From: Bdellovibrionales bacterium
GTDB lineage: Bacteria > Bdellovibrionota > Bdellovibrionia > Bdellovibrionales > UBA1609
Direction: 5' to 3'
NCBI GenBank assembly: GCA_965205945.1
Contig: CBDBIB010000002.1
Location: 96,001-160,000 of the forward strand
DNA: 64,000 nucleotides
In this document: positions 58,479 to 64,000 of the stretch, piece after piece
Numbering within the stretch: position 1 is the first letter of the stretch
Layout of the letters: each line of letters opens with the position of its first letter
Notes under the pieces: model-generated
Database searches by the model: none
What the model was told of the DNA's origin: nothing
What the model saw: only the letters and a program-made list of their open reading frames with translations
Made by a program: the position numbers and the translations under genes

Positions 58479-59813
58479 TTAAGAACCTATATATTTAAGT
58501 CCAATAGTTGCTAAACTTAGGAATGAAAAGAATGAAAAGATATCTGTAATGGTGATTACAAAAACACCGCTACTTACAGCCGGGTCTTTTCCTAAGTTTT
58601 TTAAAATAATTGGAATAGTGGCCCCTAAGGTAGCTGCAATAAAAGAGTTGATAATCATTGAAATTCCTAAAACAATTCCAATAACGTATGTGCCCTTCCA
58701 AACATAGACCATAAGAGCTGCAGTAAAGCCTGTTGTGATACCTAAAAAAACACCAACAAGGATTTCCTTTAAAATAGCTTTAGAGTAACTGATGTAATTA
58801 AAATCTCCAGTGGCTAAACCTCTTGTGATAATTGTTAATGTTTGAACAGCAGTATTTCCGCCTAAGGCTGCAGAGATTGGCATTAAAATAGCTAAAAGAG
58901 TAAACTCTGCAAGGCTGGTTTCAAAAAGACTAATAACAAAACTTGCAATCCATGCAAGAAACAAATTAAAGATGAGCCATGGAACTCTATTTAAATAAGA
59001 AAGTTTGGCTTTCATGTTTACAGAGTCCATTTGTTGTAAACCTGCTTGTGCATAAATGTCTGCAGTAGCTTGATCCTCCATCTCATCAATTAAATCATCA
59101 ATAAGAATAATTCCTAAAATTTTAGTATTGTTATCTACAACAGGAAGAGCCACAAAACTTTCTCTTTTAACAATCTTAAGAGCCTGATTTATGTTATCAA
59201 TGGTTGTTACACTTATAACATCTTTATTTACAAGGTGATTCAAAGGTGTATTGTCAGAAGCTGTAGCAAGCTGTTTTAATGAGACCACTCCAATAAGTTT
59301 ATTACTACTTGTTATGCAGTATAAATAATAAATTAGAGATTCGCCGGCTTTTTTTTGAATAAGTTTAAGGGCTTTCTGGGCCGTAATGTCTACGGAGAGA
59401 GTGAAAAACTCAGTTTGCATTGCTCTGCCACAAGAGTGTTTAGGGTAGTTTAAATATTGTTTTAATTTTTTTTGCCGTTTAAGTTTTGGGATAATTTCAT
59501 TAGTAAGATCTTCACCAAGAATCTCTAAAAAATATGTGGTGTCATCTAACTCAGTTTGATCTAAGACTTGAATAAGTTCAGAGTCCTTAAGCTTTTTTAA
59601 AATTTCTAAAAGAGTGGCTTCGGGGAGATCTTTAAGGGATTCTAAAAATTGAGGGTGAGTTTTTAAAGATTCAAAACTATTATTAAAAAAATTCTCTGAT
59701 GAAAGCACAATCCATTGCCCAAGTTCTGTGCTGTTTAGTTCTAAAAACTCTTTTGAGTTTGCCGGAGGGGTGTCTAGTTTCTTTTTGAGAGATAAAGTGA
59801 AGTTTTTAAACAT
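58479..59813 (-). CDS. mgtE: Magnesium transporter MgtE
   Basis: CBS pair, RVPWL, GGNTAVQT and DPAVSSG...ITDI motifs. Confidence 0.95.
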   Translation of the reverse strand: MFKNFTLSLKKKLDTPPANSKEFLELNSTELGQWIVLSSENFFNNSFESLKTHPQFLESLKDLPEATLLEILKKLKDSELIQVLDQTELDDTTYFLEILGEDLTNEIIPKLKRQKKLKQYLNYPKHSCGRAMQTEFFTLSVDITAQKALKLIQKKAGESLIYYLYCITSSNKLIGVVSLKQLATASDNTPLNHLVNKDVISVTTIDNINQALKIVKRESFVALPVVDNNTKILGIILIDDLIDEMEDQATADIYAQAGLQQMDSVNMKAKLSYLNRVPWLIFNLFLAWIASFVISLFETSLAEFTLLAILMPISAALGGNTAVQTLTIITRGLATGDFNYISYSKAILKEILVGVFLGITTGFTAALMVYVWKGTYVIGIVLGISMIINSFIAATLGATIPIILKNLGKDPAVSSGVFVITITDIFSFFSFLSLATIGLKYIGS

Positions 59814-59904
59814 AAACTGGTCCCTAATCTAAAATTGTTTGTAACTTTCCTACTACTTTAATATAAAATAGGGTTTTAAAAATTGGTAGTGCAGGAGAAA
59901 TATT

Positions 59905-60378
59905 ATGGAAAAGCATCCAATGACGATTGAGGGCAAGGCAAAGCTTGATGAAGAGTTAAAAGGTCTTCTTCAGGTAGAAAGGCCTACTATAATCAAAGCT
60001 ATTGAAACGGCTAGAGGTCATGGTGATTTAAGTGAAAATGCAGATTATGATGCTGCAAAAGAAAGACAAGGTTTTATTGAAGCTAGAATTGGTGAAATTC
60101 AAGCAAAATTAGCCATAGCTGAGGTTATAGACCCTAAACAGATTAAATCAGATAGGGTAGTTTTTGGAGCAACTGTAGATTTGCTAGACTTAGAGACTAA
60201 TGTGTCACTAACTTATAAGCTTGTAGGTGTTGATGAGGCAGATGTTAAATGTGGTTTAATTTCTGTATTTTCACCTCTTGGCAGAGCTCTTATTGGTAGG
60301 AAAAAAACTGATACAGTAGAATTTTCTTCTCCTAAGGGTGATAAAGAATATAAAATTGTTCATTTTGAGTTTAAATAG
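59905..60378 (+). CDS. greA: Transcription elongation factor GreA
   Basis: HGDLSENADYDAAKE and ISVFSPLGRALIG motifs. Confidence 0.97.
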   Translation: MEKHPMTIEGKAKLDEELKGLLQVERPTIIKAIETARGHGDLSENADYDAAKERQGFIEARIGEIQAKLAIAEVIDPKQIKSDRVVFGATVDLLDLETNVSLTYKLVGVDEADVKCGLISVFSPLGRALIGRKKTDTVEFSSPKGDKEYKIVHFEFK

Positions 60379-60451
60379 GCCCCTTTAGGAGTTTAGTATT
60401 TTTAATCCCGTAAAGCCCTCATCTAGTAAAATAAAGTATATTGCTATAGGT

Positions 60452-62326
60452 ATGTTATTTTTTATAGCTTTAGTTATTTTTTTATTTTTTGGAATACAGG
60501 TTGTCTTTTCTTCTCAAAAAGTAAGTGGTTGGGTTAAAAGCGCAGTTACTAATTATGTGTTTAAGGGTTTTGAAAAAGAAAATATCAATATAGAATTTGA
60601 AAAAGCTCAATCAACAGTTTTAGGGTCTTTTTCTTACCCTTTAGGTATTAGGATTAAGAACTTAAAAATAGAGTTTAAAAAAGACTGTGATCTTTATGAG
60701 GGTAGTTTTAAGGTTGTAGTCTTGCCCCTTCATTTTATGACGGCGATACAAAAAAAAGTTGAATTAGGTTTAGTTAGAATCAGTGATGGCACTTTTAAAG
60801 TTATTAATATTTGCCCTCTTAAAGAGAGCGCAAAGACCTTTAAAGAAACATTTTTAACATCAAATGATGCTGAAGAAAAATTTATTAAAATAATTAAAAA
60901 AATATCTAACTTAGATCTTTCCATGCTTAAAGATGATTCAAATAAATTAAGATTTTTAGGGGTTTTAATGTATAATTTTAAGTTTTATTTTGGAATAGAG
61001 AAGGAGTTTTTTCTGGATAGATTTAAAATTTTATTCGGAACAGGGGAACTTGTTGCTGGTGGGGAATGGGCTTCAAAACTTATTTCTTCTGAAGGGATTT
61101 CTGAGGTTACAGGAAGTCTTAAAATTTCAGAGAAAACTATAAAAATGAAGACTAATTTTAAAGAAAAAGAAGGACGTCTTAGTGTACAAGCTTTTATTTT
61201 TAGAAAAAATAAAGATGAAATAAATGATTTGGCACGGTTTAATATAATCGTTAATGATTTTCCTTTAAGTATAGCCTCAAGGTTTAAAGAATTTAGCTTA
61301 GCAGGGCTTAATTTAAGAAAAACTTGGATCAATTTAGATTCCATAGTTAAGGTTTTTAGTGAGAAAATTTTTGTGAGTGTAAATGAGTTTAAAACTCATG
61401 GGGATTTTGGAGATTTAGAGCTTAAAGCTAATGGGCTTCAAGCTTTGTGGAGTAAGCATAAGAAGGATTTTAATTGGACTCAATCTAGAAAAGCAGAGAT
61501 TAAACTTAGTGATGTTTTTTTAGAGAAGATTATTTCAATAAGACCTAAGAAAAAAGTACAAGGTGTTTTAGGGGAATTTGGAAAATTTAATGCTTTTTTA
61601 ATTTTAGAAAATCTTAGTGAGTTAAAAGGTGATTTTGAAATGAAAGACTTTAGTATTTTATTTCGCTCTATGGGGAAATCAGCTTATCAAAATGCAAAAT
61701 ATGCTAGAGGAAAATTAGAATTTATTTTTAATAAGAAATTATTTTTTGTTTTAAATGAGATTGATTTAGTGGGTGGTGATTTTGAAGGGTTGATCGGATT
61801 AGAATATAGCTATGTAGATAAGAATTTATACGCTAAATTTGAAATTCCACATCTTAAACTAAACTCTACAATTTCTAAAGAGCTTTTTAAAATAAAATTT
61901 AAAGAAAAATTAGAAATTAATGGTCAAGGGCAAGTTTTAAAAAGTGTATTTACTGGAGGCAAATTAGGTGAGAAACAACACTTAGGAAATCTACGCTTTA
62001 TGTTAAAATCTTCAGCTGTGGATTTAGAAAAATGGGGCCTTTTAAACGTAATAATTAATTGTGCTCTTAATGGGTTAGAGCTTAAATGTAGGCTTGGAGC
62101 AAAAGAACTTAATTTATCAGAAAAATTTCTTAAAAAATCAAAGATTTTAAAAGATTCTTATAAAAAGGTAAAATCAGACAGCTTTTCATATAAAGAAGGT
62201 GTGCTCTTATTTAATTTAAAAAATCAAAATTCAAATTTATTTTTTCATTGGACTAAAGAAGAGGGGCTAAGTTTGTATCCAAATGGATATGATAAAGCAT
62301 CTATAAAAGCAAAAGATCTTGACTAA
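60452..62326 (+). CDS. Membrane-anchored beta-rich hypothetical protein (possibly AsmA-like)
   Basis: N-terminal TM anchor followed by a long amphipathic beta-strand pattern. Confidence 0.6.
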   Translation: MLFFIALVIFLFFGIQVVFSSQKVSGWVKSAVTNYVFKGFEKENINIEFEKAQSTVLGSFSYPLGIRIKNLKIEFKKDCDLYEGSFKVVVLPLHFMTAIQKKVELGLVRISDGTFKVINICPLKESAKTFKETFLTSNDAEEKFIKIIKKISNLDLSMLKDDSNKLRFLGVLMYNFKFYFGIEKEFFLDRFKILFGTGELVAGGEWASKLISSEGISEVTGSLKISEKTIKMKTNFKEKEGRLSVQAFIFRKNKDEINDLARFNIIVNDFPLSIASRFKEFSLAGLNLRKTWINLDSIVKVFSEKIFVSVNEFKTHGDFGDLELKANGLQALWSKHKKDFNWTQSRKAEIKLSDVFLEKIISIRPKKKVQGVLGEFGKFNAFLILENLSELKGDFEMKDFSILFRSMGKSAYQNAKYARGKLEFIFNKKLFFVLNEIDLVGGDFEGLIGLEYSYVDKNLYAKFEIPHLKLNSTISKELFKIKFKEKLEINGQGQVLKSVFTGGKLGEKQHLGNLRFMLKSSAVDLEKWGLLNVIINCALNGLELKCRLGAKELNLSEKFLKKSKILKDSYKKVKSDSFSYKEGVLLFNLKNQNSNLFFHWTKEEGLSLYPNGYDKASIKAKDLD

Positions 62327-62431
62327 GGGCTAAAAAGAAGTCTTAATCTTGCAGCACTATTCGTCTTGTTTTTAATAAAGATTTTAAATCTAACTGACAT
62401 GATTTAATTTTAGAATATACTTAATTTTATT

Positions 62432-63727
62432 ATGAAGTATGGGCTTGTTTTTTTATTTTTTATTTTAATATTTATTAAATCCGTACTTGCGTTTGCTAAT
62501 GCTCAGAGTGGGGCAGGAGTCTGTAGTCATGATTGCACTATAAAAAAAGTTTCAAACCTAAAAAGTATTCCAAGAAGTGATCTGGGTATTGGTATGAAAC
62601 GAGTACTCATTCATCTTTATGGAACTTGTGCTGTAAAAGACCCTTTAAATGGTAAGGGTCTTTATGTAGAAAATCTAACCCATGATAATTTCACATTAGT
62701 AGGGCCTGGTGTCCCTTTAGGGGATGGAGATAGGTATATTAAGGGGATTCCTAAGAGTTTTTCTAATCTAAGAGGTGTTGATAAAAGAATACATCCTTTA
62801 GGCCCCTATCAATCGGTAGCAAAGGGTGCAAAGGCTTGTACAAATAAAGTAAAAGTAAAAGGAGAAGAACTTGAACTATCAAAGGTTCATAAAATCTTTG
62901 GCTATGGGGCTGGAGGTAGACTGATTGATGGTGAATTTAATATTTTTTCTTGTGGAGCTAAGGGTTTTCATTCAAACATTAAAAAAAAGGATTTACCTCT
63001 TAGAAAAGCTTTAGATTGTGGCCTTGATGCGGACTCTTTACCAGCTATAACACTAGACTGTGCTGAGTTTATTGGAGCTGGTGCAATAGCGTCTTGTAAA
63101 AAGCTTCACCATGAGCAAACATTTAGTAAAAAGAAAAAATTTGGACCAAAAGGACAGATCCTGTTAGGTAAAAGTTTCTTATCAACAGGGAGTTTAACTG
63201 ATAGGAAGAATGAGTGCTTAAAACAGCCTTTAATAAGCCCTGCTAATCCAATCTCTAATGGTGACATATTTGTAATGGGAGGACATTCTATAGTGATCAC
63301 TGATGTTGAAGAGGATCCGTTTGGTATTCTTGGTACTCTTCAGGATAAAAAAGAGTGCCACTCTATTACCTCTGATGATTTAAATTTTTCTTTCGCTCAC
63401 AGTTCAAGCTCTAGAGAACTTGGACCTATTCAAACTACAGCAAAGTCATATTCTAATCTTATGATAGAGAGTGGATATTTTGAAACAGATGAACGGGGTT
63501 TAAAAAATGTTTTCCCATTAGATTCCATAGTTTTAATAGCAAGGAAATTATGTGAAGATACAAAAAGGGGTAAATTAAAACCAGCTCCATCAAAACAAAG
63601 TATTCAAGATCCAAAGGTAAGACAACTAAGGCATCAATCAGATAACAAGAAATGCTTTTATAAAAAGGGTGAATGTCCTAAATCAGTAGGCAGTGAATGC
63701 TCTAAAATGTGTGAAAAGGAAAATTAA
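62432..63727 (+). CDS. Secreted Cys-rich protein with a possible NlpC/P60-like Cys-His dyad
   Basis: Signal peptide; LDCAEFI...NGDIFVMGGHSIVI. Confidence 0.55.
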   Translation: MKYGLVFLFFILIFIKSVLAFANAQSGAGVCSHDCTIKKVSNLKSIPRSDLGIGMKRVLIHLYGTCAVKDPLNGKGLYVENLTHDNFTLVGPGVPLGDGDRYIKGIPKSFSNLRGVDKRIHPLGPYQSVAKGAKACTNKVKVKGEELELSKVHKIFGYGAGGRLIDGEFNIFSCGAKGFHSNIKKKDLPLRKALDCGLDADSLPAITLDCAEFIGAGAIASCKKLHHEQTFSKKKKFGPKGQILLGKSFLSTGSLTDRKNECLKQPLISPANPISNGDIFVMGGHSIVITDVEEDPFGILGTLQDKKECHSITSDDLNFSFAHSSSSRELGPIQTTAKSYSNLMIESGYFETDERGLKNVFPLDSIVLIARKLCEDTKRGKLKPAPSKQSIQDPKVRQLRHQSDNKKCFYKKGECPKSVGSECSKMCEKEN

Positions 63728-63728
63728 A

Positions 63729-64000
63729 ATGAAGAAATTAAAAAGAATTATTTTTTTATTATCTATTTTATTTGTTTTTAAAGCATTTGCGCTAACACCT
63801 TCATTTAAAATTCATAAAACTAAAATAGATGAGACTATTAAAAATTGCCCAAAAAACATGATGTCTTTAGCTAAAGAACTTTTACAGATGGAGCTTGCTG
63901 GAATGAGATGGAGAGCTACAAAGCCATCATGTTTTGAATCTTTAAAAATGAAATATATTCATGCAATTAAAATGCCTGATGCTCAAGCACTTGATCTTGT
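63729..64000 (+). CDS. Secreted hypothetical protein (partial, runs off window)
   Basis: MKKLKRIIFLLSILFVFKAFA signal peptide; frame open to the window end. Confidence 0.75.
   Translation, partial: MKKLKRIIFLLSILFVFKAFALTPSFKIHKTKIDETIKNCPKNMMSLAKELLQMELAGMRWRATKPSCFESLKMKYIHAIKMPDAQALDL

Overview
Low-GC chromosomal segment, most likely from a Bdellovibrionota (Bdellovibrio-like) bacterium. This assignment is inferred from the Flp/Tad pilin cluster, a MAT-like fibre adhesin N-terminus, and a mevalonate operon sitting between rplT and pheS. Most of the window is housekeeping: folD-gcvT-gcvH, clpB, iscS-mnmA-mtaB, rnc-era-der, rpmI-rplT, MVA operon, pheST-ihfA-merR, an M16 protease pair, rph-rdgB, phoX-nupC, pdxJ, a PhoBR-like pair, mgtE and greA. 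Accessory elements: (1) a decayed tandem island at tRNA-Leu(TAG) with att-like repeats, an IS1202-like remnant and a Fic gene; (2) a histone H1-like protein built on 30-bp repeats; (3) a 2178-aa mosaic fibre adhesin with about 969-bp internal repeats and a DUF285 tip, preceded by two inverted dif-like (XerC/D) sites with identical spacers that enclose about 460 bp of non-coding DNA, a candidate inversion switch; (4) an unannotated ~100-nt sRNA candidate with a sigma-54 promoter, a TGTC-N10-GACA enhancer, anti-Shine-Dalgarno loops and an intrinsic terminator. Five single-base frameshifts cluster at 30.3-32.5 kb, including rpmI and rplT, and are probably assembly errors. All calls come from reading the sequence and recognising motifs; no searches were run.
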